From: Lepidodermella squamata
Taxonomy: Eukaryota; Animalia; Gastrotricha
DNA length: 64,000 nt
Direction: 5' to 3'
Assembly (NCBI GenBank): GCA_047495785.1
Contig: JBLDXI010000019.1
Span: forward strand, 496,001-560,000
Shown: piece after piece, positions 1-13,600 of the stretch
Numbering within the stretch: the first letter of the stretch is position 1
Layout: the number at the start of each line of letters is the position of its first letter
The notes under the pieces: generated by a model
What the model was told of the DNA's origin: nothing
Databases searched by the model: none
Seen by the model: only the letters and a program-made list of their open reading frames with translations
Made by a program: the position numbers and the translations under genes

Positions 1-1450
1 ATGTATCGCTTCTGTCATTATATTTCTTAGAAATTCGCCGTCATTTTGAAACTTTGTTCCCATAACCTTCCAGTTGCTTAGTGAATCATTTCCTTGAAAA
101 AAAGAAGTGATTCATGATTCATGTCATTAAGCTGGATATGCATACTCAAGGTAACTAGATATGATTCAATGCGATCCAACCAGAACGCTGCCACGGTAAC
201 CATGTCGTAGCAAACAAGACGCCAATATAGGAAAGGAGATGTCAGCTCTGGTGATTCAATTCGTTCGCTCAGATAAGCATGAAGTCCAGAACCGCTGTTT
301 CCGACAGCGTCATGGTATTCTTCCGAGCTAGTATCAACTTGCGATGAAGTTCCGTAAAACAGCATACTCTGCCTCACCGAGCTCAGCATTTCAGGCGTGC
401 ACCAACTGAATCGAAGAGGGTCATTAGGGAGGAAGTAGTTGAAGTTCAGGACAAGAAATGCGTAACCTGGGCCGTAAAGGTTGAACCGATACAGCATGCA
501 GGCCAGTTTCGAGATGAAGTTCGTATTAACTAAAATGACTCGAGCATTCATATTTCTGATCTCCTCAACGGCTAATCCCATGTCGATTTCATTGGCAACC
601 ACGCCTGGAGCTCTCGGGACTTTCGCTATCCCGATTACTGTTATGTTATTCATTGCCATCTCATGCTGGAGACTCGTTTCTCCCTAAGGGATAACATTTC
701 AACCTTATGAGAAGAATTTTAAGAAATTCATACCGCATTCCACGAGCTTGTTCCTTCTGACAGAAAAGCTATTTTACTCCACCCAAGTTTCTTGCACGTT
801 TCAACAATAAGCCCAGTGGCGTTGAATAGATTTGAGGTTAAAATATAAAGACCTCTGTAGCGCGTTCGTTCAAGGTAGACAGGCCAGCTACTTGCAGTAT
901 ACGTCACCTTGAAATAAATAAAAATAGAAGAGACGAAATTTCAAAATTTAAGTTTAATACCCCGACGTAGTTGTAGTGCTGTAGTGTCATTCCAGTCTGA
1001 ACATGTCCAATACATGGGCTCATCAAAAACATCGGAAATCTGTCGGTCGGCGGATTGGCTATCGCATTCATGTATCGACGGACATGTAGAGGTTGAGAGC
1101 ACTAAATATGTAGCAAGTAAATACCATCAAGTACGGATTCAGAAGCTGATTCTTACTTCATCATCGATGACTTCTATCTCGATGTCATATTTCGGCAGTA
1201 AATCTGCCTTTCTGTTGATGCCATTCAAGGCGAATCTTATCGCCTCGGTGCAAACATGACTGACCGGGAAAAGGGATCCGCCGAGTGTCATCATGAAAGG
1301 AATGCTGAGCTTCGTTTTGTTACCATTGGCTGCATCGGCCCTAACTGTAACTGGCAAAGGACTGGTCAAGTTTAGCTTCCCGTTCGTTACTCCTTCCTGA
1401 AAGCATAAGAAGACTAGGCAGCTTAGTAAAGCGAGGTGAAAAGACATCAT
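1..1450 (-). CDS. Class C GPCR / GABA-B-receptor-like protein, N-terminal Venus-flytrap (ANF_receptor) exons; gene continues past left edge
   Basis: Exon 1 (1450-1157) has a signal peptide and 'EAIRFALNGINRKADLLPKYDIEIEVIDDE'. It splices to 'CSQPLHV...'. Later exons give 'KKLGWSKIAFL' and 'NARVILVN...LACMLYRFNLYGPGYAFL...YD', all typical of the GABA-B-type ligand-binding domain. Short GT-AG introns; internal exon borders approximate. Confidence 0.7.
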
Positions 1451-1856
1451 TTGCGAACTCGGTATAATTTACACCATGGCTACCCCTTATACAACTGATA
1501 TTTCAGCACAAATTAGCAAGGTCGTCTCATCTGCGTTCTCTGACGGATCTCTAATGATGATGTCAGTACATAGCACGTGGATCTAAGATTATGTCTGTAT
1601 TGCGAGAATAAGTTTCATTTTCCGTTAATTTCAGACGTGGTTTTCGTTATTGAATCCGAATTTACTAATTTTATCCCGGTTCAAAGCCATCACCAAAGTT
1701 TGAATATGAAGTAAAGCGTATATGGATTTTTATGCAGACAATTACGTGACTGAGCTCACGCTTTGTGCTGTCTTTGTTTTATCAGCTTACAGATAACTAA
1801 CACCGTTCATTTTCGCAATGCTTTATTCTTTATTCGCAATTTGACTATTTTTTTAA

Positions 1857-3032
1857 ATGAGCAAAACCAGTGAAATGTCTCACCAGCAAGGAAAACTAGC
1901 CTGTCTGTACTTCATACGGTCAAGCCGGGATGACGCGACCGACCTAGCAGCACTGGCTCGACTCGAGCTCGACTGCGCTCAAGGCACGGATTTGAAATTC
2001 TGCTACAAATCAGAAAAGCCTCGAACGGCTAAATTCGACGAATCCATCACAATTGTCGCCGAGACGCGAACTGACCGTCATATTGTAGGCCTCATCGTCG
2101 GCAATATTCGCCGCGTGCAAATCGAACCTGGTCGTTTCGAACTTGTTTCCTGGGTTTGCAGCCTTCGAATCGACCCAAACCACCGCCGCGTTGGTCTTGC
2201 TTTGCATCTAATCAAAGAACTGGAATCACGTCTTGCGAAACGAGGTGTCGCGTTCACTTATTGCGGAACCTGGCATGACAACGAGGCGTCATTCAAGTTA
2301 TTCCTCAAAGCCGGCTATGCTCGCATGTTCAATAGCGAGTTTCAAGGCATTAACATTGCCCATAATTTGGCTCTACTGCCGCCGGAAAATCACTGGGCTC
2401 AGTTTGGAATTACGACGGAAAAACTCGATTTCGATAACTCAGAAAAATTCAGAGCTACACATTTTTCAAACTCATTTTTCTACCCAGACATGGCTAAGAA
2501 TCCTATTAAGAGCAATGTCTATATTGCTAAGATGAATAATGACGAGTTTGTCGCGTTCGATGTGGCTTCAGTAGCCGATGAATGGAGTTTTGTCGAAGTT
2601 TCTCTACGCTACCGACTGATTTGTTTTATTTATACATTTTTAAATTTCCTCTTCCCGCGATGGTTTGAAAAGCCGTTGCCTCTGGGTCACGCTTGGGTGC
2701 TCTACTGGGCCCTTCCATGGGTCGTTGCGGCGAAATCACAAGAGAACAAGCGAAGACTGATGCAAGCTGTTGTCGCATTTGCGACTCGAGATTTAGCTGC
2801 TACAAGAAAAGCCGACGTGATTTCGCTGTCACTGACTCGAATAATGTCTAACCTGAGTGAAGAAGACGCCGCGTTAGCAAAATCTTGCGTAGGATTATCA
2901 AAAACAATTTTCAACGGAGCTGGAACCAGATTTCTTGGACGTAGTCTCAAGCGTGACGAGAAGGAAGCGGCCTTAATGGTAGATTTTATCAAAAATCAAA
3001 ATTTCTGGTTTATTGATGGTAAAGAAATTTAG
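1857..3032 (+). CDS. GNAT-family N-acetyltransferase, HOOKLESS1 (HLS1)-like, single exon
   Basis: 391-aa uninterrupted ORF with acetyl-CoA-binding motif A 'LRIDPNHRRVGLALHLIKELE' and motif B 'DNEASFKLFLKAGY'. 'VAET..IVGLIVGNIRRV' and C-terminal 'FIDGKEI' recall plant HLS1 ('VAE..IVGMIRGCIKTV', 'FVDPREF'). Confidence 0.8.
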   Translation: MSKTSEMSHQQGKLACLYFIRSSRDDATDLAALARLELDCAQGTDLKFCYKSEKPRTAKFDESITIVAETRTDRHIVGLIVGNIRRVQIEPGRFELVSWVCSLRIDPNHRRVGLALHLIKELESRLAKRGVAFTYCGTWHDNEASFKLFLKAGYARMFNSEFQGINIAHNLALLPPENHWAQFGITTEKLDFDNSEKFRATHFSNSFFYPDMAKNPIKSNVYIAKMNNDEFVAFDVASVADEWSFVEVSLRYRLICFIYTFLNFLFPRWFEKPLPLGHAWVLYWALPWVVAAKSQENKRRLMQAVVAFATRDLAATRKADVISLSLTRIMSNLSEEDAALAKSCVGLSKTIFNGAGTRFLGRSLKRDEKEAALMVDFIKNQNFWFIDGKEI

Positions 3033-4677
3033 GATGTTGGTTGAAATAAATTGGAAATATTGGTTATTTTCGCACACTTTTCCAGCCCTTGATGACCTTG
3101 TGTGAATGCCGTAATTAGGGTGTACCTCAATGAATACGTGTGAATAATTCGGATCTGCGCGGTGACTTATTAGGGGGTGGGTGACTTTTGCATCCCCAAC
3201 GTACGTTTATTCCTCGCCTTAAACAAAAGACTCAGCAGCACATGCGCCGAGCAATGTTTACCGTTGTTTTTCTTTGCACATCTCAACAGCGGCACACTTC
3301 CGCTCGTCAAACATGCGCGTGTGTGCTGTCTTTATTAGCTTCGCGCGGCGTGGTATGGTGACACGCACACGACGTGAAAAGGCGCGGTAATTGTTGATGA
3401 AAAGGCGCCGAGATGAAAATAACACCGCCCATCTTATATCGCCGCCAGCAAAAATATATACGTTGGCGCCGCTGTGGCGTGTTGAACAACACACGAGACA
3501 TCACCAAAAAGTCGCGCAGGGTGAGTCAATAAAACAACTCGGCGGCTAATAATTACATGATACCCACTTACTTTGAGGGTACGCTACAAACGCGTTAGAC
3601 ATTGTTCTTGAGTAGAATCGGATGATCCACCTGAAAACTCCAAGTGCTTCCTTAAGCTTTTAGTCGTCAAGTAAAAACCTCAACCTAGGTTTCTACAAAC
3701 TACTCCTGCTATCATTCCTGATGAATTCCCGCGATCATGGGAAACTAAGCATCGATAGTTCTCCATTGCACCGGAAAGAGCTCTTGGAACCTCGAAAAAC
3801 GATTTGAGCAACAAAAGGACAACCTTCAATATTTCCCTCATAATATCTCTAAGGTCAGAAAATTTACGAAAACGCTTTGAATTTAGGTACTTTACGAGAT
3901 TGCAATTCGAATTCCCAAGAAATAATAAGCTTAGTCCTTTTAAAGTTTTATGCCTTGATTTAAAATGTTATCACAGAAAAATTTGGATCCGAAAATTCTG
4001 GGAATTTCCCATAGCCTCAGATTCGGAAAAATAAGCTCAAGATTATTCCTAATTCCTAATTTTCAGTAAAGATTTCCATGGGGTCTAACTTTTTGGGCAA
4101 CCAAGATGTTGCGGAATAAATTTGTCCGAAGGCGAAACTAGATTTTAAATATTTGAACTGAATTTTACTAATTTTCTGGAATTTCATGAATAATTCGAAA
4201 TAATCCAAATAAATTACGATAAAATCCTCCGTGATTTTCTGTATAGGGCCGGATCCTCGCTTTCACTACCCGACACGCTCATGATCAAAATTTACAGTCG
4301 AAAATTGCTTCTCTCATAAGCTCGCCATTTGGTTTCGCTAAGAGATATACCGATTTCCATATTGGCAATTCTGACCGCGAGGGCCTGCACAGTAGAAAAA
4401 TTTCGATTCCATCTTTTTCTGTTCGTTTGTGTGAAACTTTCATCCACAGAACTTCCTGTTGACTATACTGCGAGCTATCTGGTTTTGTCTCAATTCAGGA
4501 TACTGTTTTTTGTTAATGGAAGGAACTGCACCGCCCACACGTGAAACCGCATGATGAACGACGTTACATTTTGGTATAAGTAACCGCACATGTTTTCTTA
4601 TACTAGTACGCATGTCCGCATGTGGGCGCGAGTTATTTGTCATGGCGCTATTCATGCGCAGACTCTTGACTGTTTAT

Positions 4678-4695
4678 CAGCAGCAGCAGCAGCAG
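4678..4695 (+). repeat. (CAG)6 microsatellite
   Basis: cagcagcagcagcagcag read directly. Confidence 0.8.
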
Positions 4696-5642
4696 CCAAC
4701 GCACAGGCATCATGTCTCGTCTACTCATCATACAAGACTCGGCTTGCTGTATGATCAGTAGGCGCGTGGCTAAAACAACCACAACCAGTGTGTTATCATG
4801 AGCCACACCCACTTGAGCTATTAACCAGTCATCCGCCTCGGTCATCTTTCATCTTTCCTCCGCACAAAAAATTTGCATTTTTCTCGATTTTTTTCTATGG
4901 TATTAGGTATTATTTCCCTGGTAAATTTTACGTATTTACCCTGGCAATAAAGTCGATGACAGGAGCGTCACGCTGTTTTCATGTTATTAAGCTATTAAAG
5001 TCTAATTATACACGGTTCGGAGAGTCAACAACCGCACGTGGCCAATATTTATCGGCGCTAGACAAGCTATAATAGGCGGCACGTGAAAACACAGTTGATG
5101 GGCGTATTAGTATATTAATTAGGCGCGCGTTTCGAGATGTTTCTTGACTAGTAGATACTTTTCGCGTGTTCACGTGTGCGTTGAAGCGCGGCGACAAAAA
5201 CAGCGCAGGGTGTCATCATCATTTTGCTAATTAGTGCGCCAGGTTTTTTAACCGCCCACCGCATTGTAATTTTGTGCGCACCCGTGACCCGCCCGAGACG
5301 CACCGGACACGCGCACCGCACGTGTTTGCGCCGCGCATTATTTTGTTCCAAGCGCTTGCGTTTTGTTTACGCCCGAGCCCTCTTCACTGGCTACGCGCAA
5401 GAAGTCGTAAACAGCTTCTCCAGATTCCGATGCTCATTGTTTTTCAAACGCGATATAGACGTTGTGCTTAATCTTTTTTCTGCACCGGAATCGCCGGCGC
5501 CACCGTTTTTCACCGCCGAAAAACATGACAGCCATAATTTACGTGACAAATTCAGGTAGGCCATTCATAACCCGTCGAGCGAGATTCATCATTAACCCTA
5601 GTAATTTATTTTATAGATAATGAATCATTCTCCTGAAAAATT

Positions 5643-8600
5643 ATGGAATTAAACCGAATATTACCGCTAATTTGGTCAATATCGACACTACAGGGCGTGT
5701 ATTCGGATTGCGTGGTCGGGCCGCAGCTGCTGGACAACCCGTTGTCTAATGTCGGGTCTTACCTGCAAATTTTTACAAATATCCGATTTCCTTGTTCTGG
5801 GAAAATCGTAAGGTGGAGCTACTACAGCCGATCAGCTGGCACACCGGTTTATTTCGGAGTCTGGGAGGCAATAAACTCGACCACATTTCGCCTTGTAGAC
5901 TACAATAGGGTGATTCCTAGCGCAACAGGGCTTCAGCATGAGGAAATTTACGATCCGGTAATTATTTTCAATTGTTTCGAAATTCTTTTTTTTAATTTCC
6001 TTCCTTTCAGTCCGAATTTGTGAGTGTCACACCTGGTCTTTACCTTGGCGTGCACTACGACGGGATCGACATTCCGCAGGACAAACAGGTGATACCGTAC
6101 GCCGATGCTGTGAGACCGGAACCTTACCTGGTGACAGACCTAGCTGATGGCTTCCCGGTCGGTGTCGGTCACAACCAAATCGTGGCTAGTAATGGCCAAG
6201 TCACATTCACAGGCATTCTGTTCAAAAACTGGCGATTGCCTGCTTTACAAGCTCAAGTTAAATGTATTATAACCTGAATTATTTCCCGATTTTTATATTG
6301 CTAAATTACCGCCGTGTTTATCCATCAGTTTTGATCGATTGTGGCAAACCGCCAATTATTCCGGCGGCGAAGGTTACTTTCAAAACAACGCTGGCTTTCT
6401 CTACTGCTGTTTATCAAGTGAGATTTTTGGCTAATATTTTCGTGATTTTACTACGCGATACTTTTTCTTCTAGTGCAATAGCGGCTATCGATTAGTTGGC
6501 TCACCGATTTCGACATGCCAGTCCAGCGGCTTCTGGTCGCCTCCGCCAATATGCGATATTAACGGTATGATTTGGCAACTTTTTGTTGGATTTGCAAATA
6601 TTTCTTTAAATTAAACCAACAAAGAGAATAGCTCATCTTTTATCTGCGATTTAATCGAAGAAATTAAAAGTTTACCAGGAAAAACCCGTAAAACCCCGAT
6701 GGTAACTGGTTGGGCAATTTCGGTATTTTCCCGGCTGGGCCACATTTATCCATACTTTTTAAGCCCAATAACATTTTAGAGTTCCTGAACCCTTTCCCGT
6801 GTATTTTTTTGCTCGGATTACTTATGGGACACGCCCTACTGAATAGATGCGCGGAGTAATTATACAGTTAATTTTTGTAATTTTTTTCAGATTTGTGTTT
6901 CGCTGGGCCTGAGTTGTACGAGAGTGCTTTGGAGTCGGCTAGCTCACTACTCCAACTTTTCCCATCACTCCAGTTCCAATGTGGCGGCTTTATCGGTCGA
7001 TGGTGGTTCTACTCGCTGGTAAATTCCCGCTTCGTCTACTTCAGCGTATGGCGGCAAGTCCCAGGATCGAATGCCGTCAAGCTAGTCGGGGCCAATCGCG
7101 TTTTAGCCGCGAACCGAGGCCTCAACTACTACCGCGTGCCAGATGATGACATGATATTCGTAGACCCGGGTGATTTCATCGGCATTTTCTACGACAAGCC
7201 GGACTCAGAGTCGCGGGATGTTGTCGTCCCTTTTGCTGCTGAACATACTCTCGCGCCCTATCAACCGGACGATCTTACTGAAACGCTGCTCTTACCGATG
7301 GGCAGACTTGATATTACTCGAGACAATGGCTATATCGATTTGACGAAACATGTCGATGGAGCGGTTGCGTATTGGCGAATTCCGGCGTTCAGGGCATACG
7401 TTATCAGTAAGTAAATAGGATTCCCCCTGAATTTTCGGTTAAAAATGAATCGAACTGTTTCTGAATGTTATTTCCAGCTCGCGAAGTTGCCAGTGTTGTA
7501 GACAATTCAGGTGATTTTAGGTGTTGGGTATTGGTGTTTTGTTTTTCAATGTCGTCATTATTAATGAAGCAAGTCTCCTTAATACTTTTTTCTTTGTTTT
7601 TCCCAGGCGTTCCTGTTTGCCCTCAGCCACCACTTGTGGCCTACTCAACTCTGGCTTATTCATCGACCAAAGTCGGCTCGACTGCCGTCTACAGCTGCGT
7701 ACAGGGTTACACCTTATACGGCCAGAACCCTATCCAGTGCCTGCCTACTCAAAAGTGGAGCGGAACACCTGAATGCAGATGTGAGTTCGGAATGAAAATC
7801 CTAATTGCTCCCAATTTCTTATTTTTCAGTGATACCTCGTTGTCCTGAGCCGCCGAGTGTTTCAAACGCTTTGTCCTATTTCAACTCAACTTCAGTCGGA
7901 GCAATCGCGACATTTTACTGCAAATCAGGCTATGCTATCGCCGGTCCTAACCCCATCACGTGTCTGGTAACCATTTTCATTGCAAAAAATTCAATTTTTC
8001 TGATTTATCTTTTTTCAGAATAATCTTACCTGGTCTGTACCCTTGCCTCAATGCATTCGTAAGCTAGTTTCATGTGAAATATTGAACTTATTACTATAAT
8101 GTTTTACCTTGTTAAAGTTACGAGTTCCTGTCCACCTCCACCTGTGCTTATGAATGGCCATTTGTCAATGACTGGTACTCTCCAACCTCGTGGCGCCGTC
8201 GCTTTTTACGCCTGTAAACAAGGATTCGTGATGATAGGGGCGAGCTCAGTGTTTTGCACTGACGACAAGAACTGGTCTTCGCCCCCGGTCTGCTCACCAG
8301 CCATTGGCGTCCCCACCCCTGGTAAACCTGGGTCAGGCGGGGTCGGTGGTCCAGGCAGTTGGGGCGAGATAACGCGGCCAACTACTGTCGCCCCACCTCC
8401 AACAGAACGACCGCAAGGCTGCTGTGACAAGCCTGGCAGTAATGGAGACGGCGGCAAGGGTGGGGATGGAGGCAAAGGCGGGGATGGCAATAAACCAACG
8501 ACTGAGGAGACTACGACTGAGTCAACAACAAGTTTCGTGTCGTTTGTCGTCCCGACTGACGAGCCGACTACAACGCCGTCTTCTGAATCGACCGATGCAA

Positions 8601-10112
8601 CTTCGTCGGGAGATCAAGAAACGACCACGCCATCTCCGTCTGAGACTTCCACTGACTCAAATGGAGGGAATGGCGATGGTGGTGATACTACTACATCTAT
8701 GACGGATGGTGGTGCTGGCGGGGATGGTGGTAATGCTGGTACTACTGTGAAAGATGGTAATGGCGGCTCTGCAGTGACAGACGGCAATGGTGGCACGAAC
8801 GGTAATGGCGGTTCTGCTGTTACAAATGGTAATGGCGGCTCTGGTGTGACGGATGGGTCTGGTAAGGCTACGACCACAGTTCGGACTGAGGATGGCAGAA
8901 CGAGGTCGACACCGAGTGGTTCAATCACACCAATTCCGCAACAAGTCTCGACTACGCGGAAGACTAGTGCCACCACCGACGAGGGAACTGTGTTGGTGCT
9001 CACTGATGTTGCGGACCCGGATGTTTTTGGCAAGTTTAATATGGAAACCTGTGGGGTGATCTGTTTAGGGACAACCGTATTTTGAACCTCAAACTGCTCG
9101 AATTGCTACGACCCATCTTGGACAGTTTTGGGTTAATGATATCAGATGAAAGCAGAATCCAACCCATAATCGGAAGCCCCCGCAGGGTGTTTACAATATT
9201 AAGGATACCTGGAGAGGATTTGAATCGCTTTGATTAAAGAACCACACTGCACCGTGAAAATGCTTATGTGCCCATTTTTTCATTCATGAGTCGTCCTAAT
9301 CCCTAATATTGACACCACTTTCCATTCGTGGGATAGTTATCTATCAGGATTCATTGAAGTTGGTCGCAGCCAAAAAATGATCTCTCTTAGTTTGAATTTT
9401 CGTATAACATGTTCTTCTTCCAGGTGTTACTTTGCTACCAGCTATCATTGTACCAGCGATTATCATCGTGATGATAATGCTGTTCGCCCTGTTGTTCGCA
9501 TATTTCCGGTATCAAAAGCAAAAACGTGCTGAAATGGCAGCGGCCGATTACGCGAATCAACCCTACTACGAAAACGTGAAAAACGGCGCACCTGGCACGC
9601 CTGGGTAGGTAAAACGCCGCCCCTCAAACCCCGCTTGATAGTCGCGTATTAGTTGAACATGAATGAATCTCAATTATATTGTTAAAAATCTCCAATTTTG
9701 CAGAAGTGCTGCGACCGGCTACGCAAGAGGATCTCAATCAGGAAGTGGATACAACGACCAGTACGGCGGGCTCAATTTGAGCGCCAAGTCCGAGCTGTCC
9801 GACGACGATCTCATTATGCAGTCATCTATGGCTGACATCGCTCAAGTCAAGCGTCAGCCAAACTTCTTCATCGCACCAAGCGGGGGGTTCGGCCCCTCGA
9901 CTTCGGCCTATCACCATTCAGCTGGAGCCACAGTGCTACCACCGCCTCCTCCGCCCCTCCCTCCACCCCCTGCTTACAGAGCTGGCACCAGCGTCGGCCT
10001 TAACATACCATCTCACACAGGGACCTACTACGCACGAGGGTCAATCAGGGCACCCTATGTTGCTGACCTTACAATGACGAGTGGGGCATCAACGCTGAGG
10101 AGGAATAGATGA
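5643..10112 (+). CDS. Multi-exon type I membrane protein: two copies of an unassigned beta-rich domain, four sushi/CCP domains, Gly/Thr-rich stalk, TM helix, Pro/Tyr-rich tail
   Basis: Signal peptide MELNRILPLIWSISTLQGVYS. Repeated domain 'C..GP.L....F.C.G.I.RW..YS......VYF.VW' at ~5710 and ~6895. CCP motifs such as 'CPQPPLV...STAVYSCVQGYTLYGQNPIQCLPTQKWSGTPEC'. TM exon 9424-9605 encodes 'LLPAIIVPAIIIVMIMLFALLFAYF'. Last exon 9704-10112. Confidence 0.8.
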
Positions 10113-10697
10113 GATGGTTTCACGATTCAGCAGACCTCGCGAATTCTTTCGCTAAACAAATCCGCTCAAATTTGCAAAGAAGCTTTCTGCTATTATTCAT
10201 AAATGAATGTGTTTGAACGTTATTAATACGATTTTACCTTCCTATGACGCGCGAATTTAATACACTCATTTTTCTTGTTTACTTCATTGTGTGTTTGAAA
10301 AAATGACAGCCGCGAGGAATCAATTTTGTACGCAATAATAAAAGAACAAATGACGGTTTTTCATTTTCTTTCATCTATGAAATGGTCAGTGACTTTCAGG
10401 CTGCCTACCTGGCCCTCGGCGAATTGATTTTTAGCAATGGTTTACACAATCCAGGTTCAGATGGAAGATAGAAAATCAAAATATTGTAGCCCTGACATGC
10501 TCCGAGATATTTGAGTTGTGGTATCTGCGAATCCAGATTGAACCAGGAGCGCCTCTGAGATGATTTACTTATCATCAATGAACTTTTTTTATGTTTGAAA
10601 TTAATTATCGCGCAGTCTGGATTCTAGATACATCTTGTTAGCTGAATCAACGCTCCAGGGGTAAATCTTGAGCCAAATTTGAAGGTGAACTTTAAAA

Positions 10698-13600
10698 ATG
10701 GAAACATTTATCGGAGCATTGCTGTGTTACATTGTTGCCACGCGAATAGCCGAGTGCCGTTAGTTCCGGAATCAATCGTGATTTCATATTTTTAGCAAAT
10801 TGTGCTTAGGTATCATTGCATACTGGTCGTTAACTTCGACGACTCGGTTTCAGGATGTGAGCGGAAACAACTATCATGGCAAGCTTTGCCCTCAGAGCAA
10901 GGCGCAGCTAGGTATAGGCCCATGGAATTCATTTCAAGGCTCCTACAAAATTGGCCAGGACAATATGAGCTGCATTCTGCTGCCAAATGTCAACATCAAG
11001 ATGAACGAATCTTGGACTATAATAGCTCTAGTCAAGTTTGAATCGGGCAGTGGCCCTTTGTTTGACTTCGCAGTTTCCCCTCTGGGTTCAGAACCTTTCG
11101 GAGCAAGTCTTTTCCTAACCTCAACTGATGGAAAAGAAGTGTTCAACAGCAATTTGATGTTAAACGGGGATAAGACGCACTTTGCTGAGAATGCTGCAAA
11201 TTTTTCGAACAGATGGTTCATCATGGCGGCAACTTTTGATGCGCAAAACTCGAAATTCAAAACCTATCTAGCCTTAAAGCCAGTTAATGAAATTTCAACA
11301 GCAGGTTACACGTTCAGTGAGCCTAAAAATGGCATTATGATAGGGGCGAGATGGAATTGGTCGGCATTTGCTGGCTCTGTTGCCTGTTTAGCTGTTTTCG
11401 ATTCCAGTTTATCGATTGATCAAATCGTGGTTTACTTTCAGACTTGCAAAATGACTCCTAAAAACAGAGCACTCGAAGCAATTATACCATTTCGAGAGAG
11501 TACCCCGAATCCTCAATGGATCAAAGAGCTATCTCTACCCTATGCTGCTAGTGGTAAGTTTTTATTTGTTCTGAAAAGCATTTGTTATACAAATCAAACT
11601 TTTAACAGTTGTAAATCCGAATTTGCAATGGTTTCTTACGGGATCGGCCGCAGCTTACCAAGTAACAGTCATCCTTGTCGATAAGCCAGGTCAAAAAGGC
11701 GGGGTTTGGTCTTCGGCTGTAAGGAATTCAATTTACAAATATCGCAGTTCTATAGATTCAACAAATGTTTAAGGGCTTGAACTTTCCAAACATCCGCTTT
11801 GAAGTCATGATACGTCTTCAGAATAATACAAATTGCATAGATGAGGATATTTTCGGGATTTGGCTCGTCGATAAATACAAAACTGCAACTTCTGATGGTA
11901 GGTACGTTATAATGTTGGAAACTTGAGTTACTGAGATATTTTACAGGCAGCCAAACATTTGGAATCATTGCAACAAATTTTATCGGTCTTGGGGTTATTT
12001 TCGATCCAAGATCGGGATCAGCTTACGTCATTTACAACAGGGTGGCTAATTCTAAAATAACTGACGCTACTTACTACCGCGATCAGCCGATCAAACTTGC
12101 TGAAGTCACTGGGGTCAACGGCCTAACGTCAAGTGTCCAATACATAGTCGTCGAAGTAGTCGAGGAGATTCTGCGAGTATGGCAGCAAATAGATGGGTAC
12201 AATGCAACCGTTTTACTTGACAAAATCAGGCTCCCAGGGTTTAAAACACTTGCCGATGACTTGAGGCTAGGTGTATCAGCTGTGGCTACTGGTCCTTCGC
12301 CTTGCTCGGTTGGTGTTCTCAGTATGGAAACATACTCAATCCCATTAAAAAGTCGGCTTTGGACGTTTATACCTGAACTATATTTTGACGGCCAAGCTTC
12401 CGGTGAAAACTCCATTTTCCAAGTTTTTTCTATAGTAACTTCGTATAATTGCAGGCAATTGGAGTACGGCAGCGAAGTCTTTAACTAACCTAGCCGCCGC
12501 CATAACAACCTCAACTAATTTCTCCCTAATAAATGGTTACACTTTACTTCCTCAACATGCTATCGGAAGTCAAGCTGCAATCTACTCAATACAAGTAAAA
12601 GTCCATGAGTTCAGGCTACAGATGAACACTTTGTTATTTTGAAGACACTGCCGACGGATGGATCCGATGTTATGGCGATGATTTGCGTTTACGTTGAGAA
12701 CAAACCGGGTAGCGATGGTCTTACTTTGTTTTTTGATCCCGCCTCCAGCTTGGAACCGACGATCGATGGTAAACTAGTGAGAAGAATAATCCTATTTTTT
12801 TATAAAAATTATCACAGCTGGCCCTGGGTTCCTATCAAGGCTTTTTAAGGGCTTTGCGATAATTTTGACTGGCACATCCTCCAAAGTCTCCATTAGGGTT
12901 ATTTACGAGGATTTAGCTGCCGCAGATGCCATGGCGTCTAATATTACGCTGTCAAACATCGATGGTCAGAACTTAACCAATCTAGCATTCGGAAATTCTT
13001 GTTTCGAGGTGACAGTAGCCAGCGATGAAGCGAGTGTGAGTATTCAGTACCCGAGTGATGGTGATAATATTCCAGTAATTCTATCCAGGTTGTCCTATAC
13101 AGTGAAAACGGTGCCGTTACTCAGTTAGCCAGTGGTGTTTGGGTTCCGAAATTCAGCTCTGTTGGCCCGTGGGTTGTGGGAGTTGGGAGCCACAGCACTA
13201 ACGTTGGCCATGAAGCCAAAGTCTACTCAATAAAGGTTTACAAAGCACCGCAAATCATTCCGCCAAGTAGCGTCAACGCCAGCTTCACCACAGATCCGAC
13301 GTTTTCTTTTCCCGATTTCGGTTTCGGTGAGTTGAATGAACTGCGGTAGCTTTTGTTCGTAGCAATTTTTCGTAGACAATTGGAGAGTTGATCAATTTCT
13401 GTCATCTGCATCTCAAATGTTCCCGTCATCTTCTGAAATTGGGAGCAAGGGTTACGTTCTAACTGATACGACTCCGAACAAAAAGACTCGACTTATATCC
13501 AAAAACGTAAAACCTTTCATAATTAAAACAAGTGCATTGAAGAATCATTACAGCCTTATTACCCTACGTCGGGCGGCTTTCGACTGCGAGTTACGATCAA

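Noticed and set aside
3258-5559. Short ORFs between the GNAT and sushi genes
   Set aside because: No recognisable domains or coherent exon chain; treated as non-coding.
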